Below, piece after piece: positions 28,294 to 38,557 of a stretch of DNA of 64,000 bases. Every line of letters begins with the position of its first letter. The stretch's first letter is position 1. The translations under genes and the position numbers were made by a program. The notes under the pieces are model-generated. The model was not told the DNA's origin and did not search any database. It was given only the letters and a program-made list of their open reading frames with translations. This stretch comes from an uncultured virus (IMG/VR IMGVR_UViG_3300042515_002586). Taxonomy: Duplodnaviria; Heunggongvirae; Uroviricota; Caudoviricetes. The stretch lies in IMG/VR virus record IMGVR_UViG_3300042515_002586. One strand, written 5' to 3'.

Positions 28294-28534
28294 AATTAAT
28301 TAAATTTTTAGTGGGATGATAAATACAAATAAAGAAAACATAAACTAATAAAAATAAAAAATAATTTATTGCTTTACCAAAATAACTGGTATTTAATAAC
28401 AATATTAAGTATTCTAAATAATTTAATTTGAATGTGTCAACAGTATTATGTGCCCACCACACATAATTAGGTTGAAGGAAAATTACCTTTAAAACTGACT
28501 TTCCTTTATGTTTTCCAAATGTAAATTTTTGCAT
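28268..28534 (-). CDS. Small protein with ExoX C-terminal/DUF3820-like motif
   Basis: FTFGKHKG...PNYVWW. Confidence 0.6.
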   Translation of the reverse strand: MQKFTFGKHKGKSVLKVIFLQPNYVWWAHNTVDTFKLNYLEYLILLLNTSYFGKAINYFLFLLVYVFFICIYHPTKNLINYVKIKTTK

Positions 28535-29158
28535 TTATTTAAGTTGATATTTTTCTATAAATTCAACTACTTGTTGTTCTAAATCAGCTAATGTTCCACT
28601 ATTACCAATAGTAGTACTTACTTCAATCTGATCTAATTCTGTTTCACTTACATGAAAATCTTTAGGTGCATCAGATGGTCTTTCAACTCTAATAACTAAC
28701 CCATCATTTTTAATAATGAATTCAGCCTCATTAATAAATCTTACGTCAGGTACAATAACATAAGTAGTTTCTTCTGTTTTAATAGTTTCAACGTGTTCTA
28801 CTAACCTGGAAATCCAATAGTCTTTTGAAAACATGTTTCTTCTATAGTCTGTTCCCCACCATTGGAGAAGAAGTCTGTAATTTTCTTTAACTGCTAATCC
28901 AGTTCTCTCATCAATTTCATCAGAGTGCATTTCACTATAATAGTTATTAAATATTATATCTAATTCTTCTCTAGATGATACTTTTAGTTTCTTAGTAAAA
29001 AAATAATCACTAGCTAAAGAAAGAGCACATTCTGTTTTTAAAAAATCTCCAAAAGCAACTCTTTGAGAGTTAGGTAAATGTGCAAGTAAATAACCCGCTA
29101 TACTATCTTTACCAGACCTTTTTACTCCAGTAATACCTATAAATTTTATATTTTTCAT
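28535..29158 (-). CDS. Deoxynucleoside monophosphate kinase
   Basis: IGITGVKRSGKD, RLLLQWWGT, DVRFINE and HVSE motifs. Confidence 0.9.
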   Translation of the reverse strand: MKNIKFIGITGVKRSGKDSIAGYLLAHLPNSQRVAFGDFLKTECALSLASDYFFTKKLKVSSREELDIIFNNYYSEMHSDEIDERTGLAVKENYRLLLQWWGTDYRRNMFSKDYWISRLVEHVETIKTEETTYVIVPDVRFINEAEFIIKNDGLVIRVERPSDAPKDFHVSETELDQIEVSTTIGNSGTLADLEQQVVEFIEKYQLK

Positions 29159-30549
29159 TCTGGTTCTCCTGATCCTTCCATAATCAACCCTTGTAAATTA
29201 GGGTGTTTCTTGTACAAAGCATCTAATAGATTTTTGTGGTGTTCAAAATACTTATAATGAGCACCTGTTCCTGTTCGAAGCTCACATTGATAAATAAATT
29301 TATCTAGTGTTGTAGTATGTTCAAAATAAAATTGAGTACCCAAAGGTAAACTATATAAAGTCTTTTCAATTTCTTCTAATGCTACAGGTGCCCTTTGATT
29401 TAAGTTTAATGTCTGATTTTCAATAAACTTAGTTCCTTCATCACTCATGTCTAGTATTTGTAATAATAACTTATCACATCTAACTGTAAGTGGTAATGAA
29501 GTAAAATAATCTTTACAACCATAAAAACCTAAAGGTCTCATAGATGTAAACTTATTACCTGTTCTATGCCTATTGACATCTCTTAATTCTCCAAAAGAAA
29601 TTCTAGGAATAATATACTTCATTGAAGTCATTCTAATAGAATCTCCTGGAGGACAGTAACGGTTTTCTCTATTACCTAAATCATTGTTTACAAGTTCTTG
29701 ATCAAACAATAAATTATCATAAACATAAACCTGTTCCGTAAGAATTTGATTTTCAATTGGTTTATTGTAAGAATTAACCCAAGACTCCATCCAATACTTA
29801 TTAGAATTCTTTGCTACAGCATGTTTAGTTAATCTTGGTGTAACTAAATCTAGTTGTTCCCTTAATCCTCTACCAATCTCCTTCAGTTCTTCAAATGGAT
29901 GAGATAGTAATAATGAAATTAACTCAACCCATGTTCTAGCAGACTTAACCATCATTACATTTGTCTTAGCAGAAATGGGTAACCATACTCTCGCCCTGTC
30001 AAAAACAAAGTTCCTTATAAACCTTTCCTTTTGTTTATCAGGAGTACCTTCAGGTAAGTTTAAAATTTCAGGGTAAGTATTAAGAATTTCTGTCCAAATA
30101 TTGGTACTTTTTTCATACATAGAAAAAAGATACTTAGAAGTATCATCTGCATTTTTAGGTAAATAACATCCAGAATCGTTATAATTAATATATCTAGTAG
30201 ATGATTCTTGTCCTCCTGCTGTTGGTGATAAGTACCATAAAACAAATGCCGCATAGATAGAAATACCATCCATAAACATTGTTACTGGAGCCATGTCTGC
30301 AATAGATGCATGCCCGTAATCTACCATTTTAAAAATACCATCTACAGATTTATCGGTATTATTAAAATCAATCTTAGATACAATAGCATCTAATCCTTCA
30401 TTATTTCTACTATATCTTGCTCCTGTAGCAGCTAAAAGTTCTGGTGTTAAAGCATAACATCCATTTTCTGTAGCTGCTTCAGTTGGTGATATAGATACAT
30501 GTCTTATTTTCATAAATCCTTTACCTCTCGTATGGTGATTTCGACGCAC
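29155..30549 (-). CDS. thyX: Tandem-domain FAD-dependent thymidylate synthase (ThyX-like); likely start MKIRHV
   Basis: ARYSR, YGHASIAD, QESSTRY, FDRARVWLP..TN, RDVNRHR and ELRT motifs. Confidence 0.8.
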   Translation of the reverse strand: MRRNHHTRGKGFMKIRHVSISPTEAATENGCYALTPELLAATGARYSRNNEGLDAIVSKIDFNNTDKSVDGIFKMVDYGHASIADMAPVTMFMDGISIYAAFVLWYLSPTAGGQESSTRYINYNDSGCYLPKNADDTSKYLFSMYEKSTNIWTEILNTYPEILNLPEGTPDKQKERFIRNFVFDRARVWLPISAKTNVMMVKSARTWVELISLLLSHPFEELKEIGRGLREQLDLVTPRLTKHAVAKNSNKYWMESWVNSYNKPIENQILTEQVYVYDNLLFDQELVNNDLGNRENRYCPPGDSIRMTSMKYIIPRISFGELRDVNRHRTGNKFTSMRPLGFYGCKDYFTSLPLTVRCDKLLLQILDMSDEGTKFIENQTLNLNQRAPVALEEIEKTLYSLPLGTQFYFEHTTTLDKFIYQCELRTGTGAHYKYFEHHKNLLDALYKKHPNLQGLIMEGSGEPE

Positions 30550-31205
30550 TTGCTTGCAAACTGATCGTGTGCAATTCTTACAACATCAATTACTGCGCTA
30601 CCAAACCATTTTTGAACCTTTACAATCTTCCCATCCCGTTCAGCAAGGTTCCGAGTGATCTGTGCATCGGCGGCGGCGATTGCTTCTTCTTTGGTGTCGT
30701 GTGCTTCAAAACCTCGGTTGTAGAATTTTCTTTTGGCGCAAGGTATTGTGGTGCCGCAGTATTTATTTGGGTGCGCCGGGTCAATAAAGAAAACCGCTTG
30801 GGAATTCGTCACCCACTCCGGCAGCACCTCCACCTGAACCTCTTTGACGGGGGTTAGTTTGGCGAACTCAATCTCTCTATCCGCCCACGATCTTCCATCA
30901 ATTATAAGGTAGCGTTCCCTAGCACTGGATTTGCCAGCCCGAACCTCACCCTCACTATTCCGAAGTCCCGTCGCTTCCTCAAGCTCGCACTCAACCCATT
31001 TGCTTTCTGTTTTTATTTCTTTTTTATGATTAGAAAAGTATTTTAATACATGTTCTAATTTAGTTCTGCGTGTACCATAATCATTATCATGTATTAAATA
31101 ATACACATAATCATTTACTAACCCAACAAATGTATAATCTCCGTGACCTAAAGAAAATTTGTCTCCTGGCTTCATTATATTTATAAATTTTTCTTTTGTA
31201 AGCAT
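30510..31205 (-). CDS. Hypothetical protein, compositionally chimeric gene
   Basis: 5' part AT-rich; 30601-30960 counts 181/360 G+C. Confidence 0.6.
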   Translation of the reverse strand: MLTKEKFINIMKPGDKFSLGHGDYTFVGLVNDYVYYLIHDNDYGTRRTKLEHVLKYFSNHKKEIKTESKWVECELEEATGLRNSEGEVRAGKSSARERYLIIDGRSWADREIEFAKLTPVKEVQVEVLPEWVTNSQAVFFIDPAHPNKYCGTTIPCAKRKFYNRGFEAHDTKEEAIAAADAQITRNLAERDGKIVKVQKWFGSAVIDVVRIAHDQFASKCVEITIREVKDL

Positions 31206-31207
31206 GT

Positions 31208-31573
31208 TTAACCTATTTTTTGATAACCTATAGTTAATCTATGTTTACCAAATTTATGTTCAGTTTTATTAAACTTATTAAATTCATCAATATAACCTAA
31301 TTCAAAGTAAGTAGAACCAACCAACATAGCAAAGTTAGTTGTAGTATTTAAGTATAATCCTGGTTCTTTTAATGCTTCTTGGAAAGTATATTCTTTTCTA
31401 AGTTTATACGGTGTAAAACCTAACATAAATAAATGGTCTTGTTCTATACGAACATCACCAATCCAATATCTGCTACCATCATAACCGTATAAATCTACTA
31501 TATTACCATTAGCTTTTATAATATGAGTGGCATTTTTCCAATCACAAGCTTGTAAGTTTTCTTTTGTTATCAT
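31208..31573 (-). CDS. Hypothetical protein, paralog of 44784-45137
   Basis: ENL..W..A, LGF.PY and PG.Y motifs shared. Confidence 0.55.
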   Translation of the reverse strand: MITKENLQACDWKNATHIIKANGNIVDLYGYDGSRYWIGDVRIEQDHLFMLGFTPYKLRKEYTFQEALKEPGLYLNTTTNFAMLVGSTYFELGYIDEFNKFNKTEHKFGKHRLTIGYQKIG

Positions 31574-31667
31574 TTATTTAATCTAAAGCTACTCTTGTTG
31601 AGTAGTTGGGTAATTTACGTTTAATCGTAAATAAATCTACCTTTGTATTTTCCAAAATAAAATTTTC

Positions 31668-31904
31668 TCATAATTGTCTAATTAATCTTCTTAATCTTAT
31701 TTCACATCCTTCATTAGATGTGTGCGCATAAAATATGGATCCTTCTTGTAATATTTTTTGATCAGATAAACTAATTTGATCTAAGTTAAATGTTACAAAT
31801 GTGTCAAAATCTGGATTTTCAAAATCTTCAGATATCCTAGCATGAACTATATTATTTTCAACACCATCAATTACACCAATACAAGAATAAAGGATTTTTT
31901 TCAT
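31668..31904 (-). CDS. Hypothetical small OB-like protein
   Basis: 78-aa ORF. Confidence 0.5.
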   Translation of the reverse strand: MKKILYSCIGVIDGVENNIVHARISEDFENPDFDTFVTFNLDQISLSDQKILQEGSIFYAHTSNEGCEIRLRRLIRQL

Positions 31905-32761
31905 TCTAGTTCATTTTCTAGTTTTTCTTTAAAATCTTTTAGCCACCAACAATCTTCAGCAATTATCTTATTACTGAAACGTTTAGATTTACCATAAAGC
32001 TTATATAGTTCTGATTCGTCAAGTCTGCAATAGTAAAACAGATCAATCTTTTTATCTTTGCTCAACCTGAATTGTACTAAAGTTTGTGTTGATACTGGTT
32101 TTTGAAAAGAATCACCTAAATATTTAATATACTCTAATTTACCTTCTTTAATTTGAGATAAATCCAAAGCATACATACAATATTCACCACCCCAATAACA
32201 AGCTTCGGTAATTGCTACTGAACCACTAAAGTAGTCTATAACTACCTCATCTTCAAAAGATTCAGTTTCATCCCATTCGTTATATTCACAATGTTCATCT
32301 AAATATTTTTGATAGGTATACCCAGGATAATTTTCTATCCAATATTTAGAATGCTTTTCATCCCAATGTTCTTCAGAACATGAAGTATGAACAAAAGTAG
32401 GAATATAGGCATCAACAGTACAAAGAGAATTTCCACAAGTATTTTCTAGTTTAGCAATAACTTTACAGTCAGGTAATGACATAACTGCTAAAGAAGAATA
32501 AGTATCTGGATACAAAGCAAACCATTCTTTGTCTGAATTCATAAATGGATAAAACTTTGCTTGAGTTTTACATGGGTAGTTATAAATATACTCCCCAATT
32601 TTATTAGAATCATTCTCTTTGTCAAAAATTTCTACTAAAGTATAATTCCAATAATTGGTATTTTCACCTTCTTTGTTATTATTGATTGGTTTTACTGTAG
32701 TAAAAAATCTTTGTTTAATTGGATCTGGGTTAATTTTTTCTTTATTATTCATTTTTCTCAC
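31901..32761 (-). CDS. Hypothetical protein
   Basis: 286-aa ORF. Confidence 0.6.
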   Translation of the reverse strand: MRKMNNKEKINPDPIKQRFFTTVKPINNNKEGENTNYWNYTLVEIFDKENDSNKIGEYIYNYPCKTQAKFYPFMNSDKEWFALYPDTYSSLAVMSLPDCKVIAKLENTCGNSLCTVDAYIPTFVHTSCSEEHWDEKHSKYWIENYPGYTYQKYLDEHCEYNEWDETESFEDEVVIDYFSGSVAITEACYWGGEYCMYALDLSQIKEGKLEYIKYLGDSFQKPVSTQTLVQFRLSKDKKIDLFYYCRLDESELYKLYGKSKRFSNKIIAEDCWWLKDFKEKLENELE

Positions 32762-33004
32762 CTAAACAAAAGATTGGAAGAATTCTTTTTGTCTGTTATA
32801 GACATCAAGTAATTTATCTTCAACTCTAATCTGTAATTTAACAAGATTATCTCCTGCTAATCTATAATTTCCTTTGTCAGTAGGTAATATAGCTAGGAAC
32901 ATATCATCAATTTTTTCTATTGTTGAAATTTTTCCAATACCAATATCAAGCTCATAAGGTACACTTTGTCCATTTTGTCTCCATAACTTACATGGTTGTC
33001 TCAT
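32762..33004 (-). CDS. Hypothetical protein
   Basis: 80-aa abutting ORF. Confidence 0.55.
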   Translation of the reverse strand: MRQPCKLWRQNGQSVPYELDIGIGKISTIEKIDDMFLAILPTDKGNYRLAGDNLVKLQIRVEDKLLDVYNRQKEFFQSFV

Positions 33005-34164
33005 TGATTTTCCTTTAAAATATGTGGATGAGATTCAGCAATTCCTGCATTAGTTACCTGAATAAATTCTGCTCTTGATTGTAATTGTTTAATATCTTCA
33101 GACCCACAATAAGTAAGTCCTGATCTTAAACCACCAACTAAGTCATGTATAACTTGTTTTACTGAACCTTTAACTTTAAGAGTAACTGCAACACCTTCTG
33201 CTGTTTTCCATTCTGGTAACTCACCATAAGTATCTTCAAATGCTTCTTTACTAGCCATTCCTCGATACTGCTTGTGCGCAAAATAAGAACTTGAATTAGT
33301 GCCAATTTTAATGTGTCTTTTAGAAAGTGAATCTGCTATTACATTCTCAGCATCGTTAAGAAAGTGTATTGCATTATAACCAGTATTACTAATATAGTTT
33401 ACTTCACCAGGAGTTTCCCAAGTAGCTGCTAACATTCCACCAAGCATAACAAATGAAGCACCTGCTGCTAAGGCTTTAACTGCATCACCAGGAGTTCTAA
33501 TACCTCCATCAGCAATTATAGGCTTAGATAATTTAGAACACTCCATAATGGCAGATAATTGAGGGACGCCAATACCAGTCTTTATACGAGTAGAACATGC
33601 TGATCCACAACCTACACCAACCCGGATAATGTCGGCTCCACAACCAATTAGGTAATCACCACCCATTGCTGTACATACACTACCAGCAATAACAGTAATA
33701 TCATTAAATGCTTCTTTAAGTGCTTTAACCATATTACCACATGCTTTAGAATGTCCATGTGCTACATCAACACAAAAGATTCTTGCACCTTCATTGTATA
33801 AAGCAATAGCTCTATCTAAACCTTCGTTTACTCCAACTGAAACCCCAATTCTTTGTTTTAATTTATTTAACCAATGGTCTGGAGCACTACCATATTTGTC
33901 TATTAACAATCCAAGTGTTTCTTTATATAATTCTACATTTTCTTCAATAGTACAAAATCTGTGTAGAATCCCAAACCCACCTAATTCAAACATAGTGAAC
34001 ACCATTTCTGGTCCAGAAATGGTATCCATAGGCGAACTAATAAAAGGAATTGACAGATGTTCATCTTCATTTAAGTCAACACCCGTATTTACATTTTTTC
34101 TGCTCTCAAAACCACAATAGTTTGGTTTAATTAGTACGTCATCAAACGTTAAGTATTTATTCAT
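33001..34164 (-). CDS. IMP dehydrogenase/GMP reductase family protein, no CBS domains
   Basis: LTFDDVL, SSPMDT, DVAHGH, GVGCGSACSTR, IIADGGI, YRGMAS, AEG and LRSGLTYCG motifs. Confidence 0.9.
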   Translation of the reverse strand: MNKYLTFDDVLIKPNYCGFESRKNVNTGVDLNEDEHLSIPFISSPMDTISGPEMVFTMFELGGFGILHRFCTIEENVELYKETLGLLIDKYGSAPDHWLNKLKQRIGVSVGVNEGLDRAIALYNEGARIFCVDVAHGHSKACGNMVKALKEAFNDITVIAGSVCTAMGGDYLIGCGADIIRVGVGCGSACSTRIKTGIGVPQLSAIMECSKLSKPIIADGGIRTPGDAVKALAAGASFVMLGGMLAATWETPGEVNYISNTGYNAIHFLNDAENVIADSLSKRHIKIGTNSSSYFAHKQYRGMASKEAFEDTYGELPEWKTAEGVAVTLKVKGSVKQVIHDLVGGLRSGLTYCGSEDIKQLQSRAEFIQVTNAGIAESHPHILKENQ

Positions 34165-34167
34165 ATT

Positions 34168-34881
34168 TTAATTTTTCTCATATGTAGAAGGAAATTCATA
34201 AAAGAAACCTTCTTTATCATCTGGAAGAGATGATTGTAAAAATTCAAGAGAGCTATCATCATTGGTAAAATCAGTAAACAATCTTTGCCCATTTTCCTCA
34301 TAGTATACACCATAAATTGGCTTTTGTGTTTCAAATTTTAGTAGGAAAGCTAGGTCTGATATTACTTCAATTAAAACTTCTAATGGCATAGGTGCCATTT
34401 TTATATAAGGAATCTTATTCTTATTTAGTAAATCAAGTACTTCATTGTCTTTTTGAATAGCTTCATCAACAGTCTGATTCCTTCCTTTAGGATTATATGG
34501 ATGCTCCTCAGTATCTCTGCTAAGGACAATGTTTAAGTTATTAAACAAATCAAATTGTTCAAATACACTCTTCCTCCAAGCTGGAGTAGCACCAAACCCA
34601 CCATACACTGCACCTAATAGAATAGGTGAATCTACAACAGCAACATCAACTTTGCCATTGATTCTGTACTGTCTGTATAATTGTTTTGATGTTACATATG
34701 GTTGACAAATTAAATCGTTTTGTCTATCCGCCCATACCAAATCTTTAGCATATTCTGGAACATATTCAGCATTAATATTGGCTGCTTTTAACATAAAAAA
34801 CACACCAGCTGCTGTCGTACTTTTGCCAGCACCTGGTCCAGCAAAGAAATTAATAAATAGAGTGTCCTCTTTGTTAATCAT
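34168..34881 (-). CDS. NadR-like P-loop kinase/ATPase
   Basis: AGPGAGKST, EYAKDLVW, DSPIL and GRNQ motifs. Confidence 0.75.
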   Translation of the reverse strand: MINKEDTLFINFFAGPGAGKSTTAAGVFFMLKAANINAEYVPEYAKDLVWADRQNDLICQPYVTSKQLYRQYRINGKVDVAVVDSPILLGAVYGGFGATPAWRKSVFEQFDLFNNLNIVLSRDTEEHPYNPKGRNQTVDEAIQKDNEVLDLLNKNKIPYIKMAPMPLEVLIEVISDLAFLLKFETQKPIYGVYYEENGQRLFTDFTNDDSSLEFLQSSLPDDKEGFFYEFPSTYEKN

Positions 34882-35612
34882 AATTTTATTGTAATCGGGT
34901 TGTTTCTTACTTGGTAAGAATGATCTACTATTGCAGCATTAATTACTAATGCTTCTTCTTGATTATTTTTAACTAAAGATGTTTTGCCATAAGCATAATG
35001 AATGTGTCCACAAGCCATTAACTTTAATTTTTCTAATTCTTTCATCCGAGCAGTTAAGCTTGGACTACCACAATGTTTACCTAAAGGAAGATGATCTTGA
35101 TAACCATGTGGTGGACCATGACATATTAATATATCAGTATCATCTGGAATTTGTTGCCATTTTCTGTATAATTCACTTTCTTTTAAATTGAAAGCCCAAT
35201 TATAAAATTCAGGTTGCCAAGGTGTACCATATATCTTTAAATCTTGATAAATGTATTCTTGATCAATTAAACAAACCCAAGGTAAATTATCTGTTCTTAA
35301 ATAATGAAAACCTAATTGAAAAACAAAATCATGATTTCCAGGTGTAAGTATAATCTTATCTACACCTTTTTGTAATAGTTTATGACAATACTTATAAAAA
35401 GTATCATTTAACCACTTAGCCCCCTTTAAAACGTTATGGCAACTTAAAGGAACTATATCCCCACTAAGTAATAATATATCACAAGGTTTAATATCAATCA
35501 AGTGTCCATGTATGTCACTAATACATGTTATTTTTTTTGTTTGTTGCATCTTAACTTTGGTGTTGGCTTGTTTGTTTTGTGTCCTATATGGTAAGAACCA
35601 CAAAAAGGACAT
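34878..35612 (-). CDS. Calcineurin-like metallophosphoesterase (likely start MQQTKK)
   Basis: SDIHG, GD, GNHD, HGPP and GHIH motifs. Confidence 0.9.
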   Translation of the reverse strand: MSFLWFLPYRTQNKQANTKVKMQQTKKITCISDIHGHLIDIKPCDILLLSGDIVPLSCHNVLKGAKWLNDTFYKYCHKLLQKGVDKIILTPGNHDFVFQLGFHYLRTDNLPWVCLIDQEYIYQDLKIYGTPWQPEFYNWAFNLKESELYRKWQQIPDDTDILICHGPPHGYQDHLPLGKHCGSPSLTARMKELEKLKLMACGHIHYAYGKTSLVKNNQEEALVINAAIVDHSYQVRNNPITIKL

Positions 35613-35740
35613 TTATAAATATTTACAGTGTATAAATCTCTTTTTTCAATAACACTTTTTCTAACGTAAGCACTAGCAGGAGTATCATACTTAATCTTAG
35701 TTCCGCACATCTTCCTTCTAACTCTTCTTTTACTAGCCAT
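35528..35740 (-). CDS. Small basic zinc-finger phage protein
   Basis: CGTK...YKCPFCGSYHIGH. Confidence 0.65.
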   Translation of the reverse strand: MASKRRVRRKMCGTKIKYDTPASAYVRKSVIEKRDLYTVNIYKCPFCGSYHIGHKTNKPTPKLRCNKQKK

Positions 35741-36683
35741 TTAACTTATACGTATCCTCTACAAATTTTACTGCTTTTTTAAAGCTTTCTGAAATTTTAG
35801 CATAAGATAAAGCTTGCGCTTCTTTTTGTTTCTCTCGCATTATTGAAGCTGGGTGAGGTTGTGCAATTGCTGGACCGTACTTTGATTCAAATATATCACC
35901 ATATTCAACTTCAGCAGCTTTATTTTTACCCCCGCAAATTAACTCAAGTGCAGGTTTACCAAAACAAATAATAATAGTAGGTTGTACAATAGCCCATTGT
36001 AATACAAACCAAGGTTTACATTTTGACATAAATAAGTTAGATGGGGACTCATCTCTATTAGTCAAAGTATTGTAAGATCTACAAGCAACAGTATTAGTTA
36101 CATACCATATACTATCGTAAGGAATCTTTACATCTTTTGTTCTATTATGAAAATCAATCCAATTTTGTCTTGGGTAAGTACTTCCAAAAGTCTTATAAAG
36201 AATACCATCAACTATAGCACCAGCTGATCTTAAATAAAATGTTTGTGGTAACTGTAGCTTGTTATCGTAATTAGGTTTACAGACAATTGGTTTATTCTTC
36301 TTGTTCCAACCATCTGGAGCTAGTAATATTTTATGGGAGTAACAGTTTGGTAATTGCTTACAAGTATTACAATGACTAGCCTTTAATTCATTAGGTCCTA
36401 CAAATGGTAGTGCTGCCGCATCCTCCATACTTCCAGGTCCCTCACCTATCACCATAATCTTTGCATTTATAGTTCCATCAGGCATAACTACAGAATTTCT
36501 CGTTTCAGCTAAAGCACAATTCTGACACCCTCTCATTAAACTTTTTACATATTCTAAACACTCATGCCTATCTTCAGGAAACTCATCAAACTTAAAAGTT
36601 TCGCTTAAGTACTTAAAAACTAAGTTATCTGTTTTTTTAATTGTTTCAATGATTGGAGAATATTTTATCTCTTGTTTTCTCAT
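35733..36683 (-). CDS. Uracil-DNA glycosylase family 4-like with Cys-rich insertion
   Basis: CQNCAL, IGEGPG..E, PFVG, TNTVACR and HPAS motifs. Confidence 0.8.
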   Translation of the reverse strand: MRKQEIKYSPIIETIKKTDNLVFKYLSETFKFDEFPEDRHECLEYVKSLMRGCQNCALAETRNSVVMPDGTINAKIMVIGEGPGSMEDAAALPFVGPNELKASHCNTCKQLPNCYSHKILLAPDGWNKKNKPIVCKPNYDNKLQLPQTFYLRSAGAIVDGILYKTFGSTYPRQNWIDFHNRTKDVKIPYDSIWYVTNTVACRSYNTLTNRDESPSNLFMSKCKPWFVLQWAIVQPTIIICFGKPALELICGGKNKAAEVEYGDIFESKYGPAIAQPHPASIMREKQKEAQALSYAKISESFKKAVKFVEDTYKLNG

Positions 36684-37683
36684 TTTGTTTTTCTATTTCC
36701 TCCTTAAATATATTACGTCTATTTGCCCAGAAGTCTTCTAATAAATCATAAGTTTTTACATCATTTTCAAAAACATATGTATCTATATCCATTTTAGTTT
36801 GTGGTTTATTCCTAGGTAAAGAAACAAAACATGCATTAGAGCCAATAGAATTTACAAGTTTAAGAGCTTGGATATCTCCAACAATAGCATTCTCGTCCTT
36901 TTCAGAATCGTTAATAACAAATATTCTTTTTTCTTTGAACTTTAGTTTATTAGCAAAATAAAAATTTAAAGCAGCTGTAGCACCATTAATACCAAAAGTA
37001 CCAATAGTAGAAATACCTAGTGTTTCGTAAGGTATTATAGCTTTCAATTGTCCTTCAGTTATAATAACATCTGAACTTTTTAGGTTTTCATTATAGTAAA
37101 CAGTAGAGTTAGCTTTACTTCCATAAGGAATACAATACTTTAAACTTTCTTGAGCTTCAGTTCTTGGATCTGCTCTTGAAATTAAACCAACAACATTAAA
37201 CTTATTTAGTATGGGAATAAGTATCTTATTCGGTTTTAAACATGGCCAAGTAGTTTGACCTAATCCACCTATCTTCTGCCTTAGAAATCCACTATCAAAT
37301 AAAAATTCTTCATCAAAATTATTTAATAAGATATTTTCAATTCTTGAAGGTATGGTTTTTATTTTAAACTTGTCAGGATTTATTAAACCCCTACTTTTCA
37401 TATACCTTCTATGGCTTTCTGAAAGGGTTAGATTTTCTGGTAACCATTTACATATTTCTAAATGTTTAGAATAATCTATTTTTCTTTGTTTAATCTTATT
37501 GAATGTTTTAAATAAGGGTTTTTCGTTAGTCCCATATTCACAAACAAAACAATAATACATACCGTATTCTAATGATACAGTTAATGAATTATGCCCACAT
37601 TCAGGACAGGCACATTTAAGTTCGGTACTAGTTTCCTTTACAGGAGTACCGAACCTAGCTACAATTGTTTGATAAGGAGTCAA
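36646..37683 (-). CDS. DNA primase (Zn finger + TOPRIM)
   Basis: CPEC...CFVC, SRG, ITEGQLKA, D.D. Confidence 0.85.
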   Translation of the reverse strand: MTPYQTIVARFGTPVKETSTELKCACPECGHNSLTVSLEYGMYYCFVCEYGTNEKPLFKTFNKIKQRKIDYSKHLEICKWLPENLTLSESHRRYMKSRGLINPDKFKIKTIPSRIENILLNNFDEEFLFDSGFLRQKIGGLGQTTWPCLKPNKILIPILNKFNVVGLISRADPRTEAQESLKYCIPYGSKANSTVYYNENLKSSDVIITEGQLKAIIPYETLGISTIGTFGINGATAALNFYFANKLKFKEKRIFVINDSEKDENAIVGDIQALKLVNSIGSNACFVSLPRNKPQTKMDIDTYVFENDVKTYDLLEDFWANRRNIFKEEIEKQNEKTRDKIFSNH

Positions 37684-37684
37684 A

Positions 37685-38062
37685 TTACCAATCTCTCAAT
37701 GTTTGTATAGTATCCAAATTCCAAACTGATTTCTTATAATAAATAGTTTGAGGTAAATTATCTGAACTTATTTTCTTAGATTTCCATTCTTCATCTGGAC
37801 CATTAAATGAATCAAGATAATAAACATGCCCAGCCAGTTCAAAGAATACAACAAAAGCTACTTCTAATTTCTTAGATTCTTTTATTAACTCATCAAACCA
37901 AACAGATTTAATAGTAAAAGATTGTGCAGCAGTTTGTTTTACTTCAACTAGTTTACCTGGTGCTCTAACGTCACCTTTTATGTAATGATTACCAGAACCA
38001 GGAGTTCTTTTACCTTTAATTAAAGCAGCAACTCTTTCCTCAGCGTCTTCCCAATCTTTCAT
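37685..38062 (-). CDS. PD-(D/E)XK nuclease, putative Holliday junction resolvase
   Basis: E.RVA, RTPGSG, GDV, VEVKQT. Confidence 0.75.
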   Translation of the reverse strand: MKDWEDAEERVAALIKGKRTPGSGNHYIKGDVRAPGKLVEVKQTAAQSFTIKSVWFDELIKESKKLEVAFVVFFELAGHVYYLDSFNGPDEEWKSKKISSDNLPQTIYYKKSVWNLDTIQTLRDW

Positions 38063-38286
38063 TCTATTATTGTGTTTATTAAGTTTTTTGTTAAAAAATC
38101 ATAAAATGATGTTTTCTTTTTTAGAATAGTATTATCATAATATTTGTAACTTAATTCTATTTTAGTACTAGTTACATGAATATATAAATCAATAACGTCT
38201 ATATTATCTAATTTGTACTCATCATAATAAAATTTGTAACCAATAAGTGAATCGTCAAGATATTTAATACTCTCTTTAGATGTCAT
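38059..38286 (-). CDS. Dispersed member of the microprotein family
   Basis: FYY, IELSY and FYDFLTKN motifs. Confidence 0.55.
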   Translation of the reverse strand: MTSKESIKYLDDSLIGYKFYYDEYKLDNIDVIDLYIHVTSTKIELSYKYYDNTILKKKTSFYDFLTKNLINTIIE

Positions 38287-38552
38287 TAAAACTTTCTTGT
38301 GTTTTCAGCTATCTCAACGTTCTTTTTAATTGGTTCAATATACCAGTCACCCAAGTATAAATTAGGTCCTGGCATTGTTACTGGAAGCATACCACCATCT
38401 GAAGTAATTAAAGCAACAGGAGAGCCCATTATCTCTAGTACTGAAAGTTTGTATTCTTTACCGAATTTAGACGTGTGATAAACAGCTGGTACAGTTGCTT
38501 GAACAACTGCATCAACTGCTTCAATAAATGTAAGTGGAGTATTTGGATTCAT
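38286..38552 (-). CDS. Hypothetical protein
   Basis: LTFIEAV...DWYI pattern. Confidence 0.55.
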   Translation of the reverse strand: MNPNTPLTFIEAVDAVVQATVPAVYHTSKFGKEYKLSVLEIMGSPVALITSDGGMLPVTMPGPNLYLGDWYIEPIKKNVEIAENTRKF

Positions 38553-38557
38553 GTATT

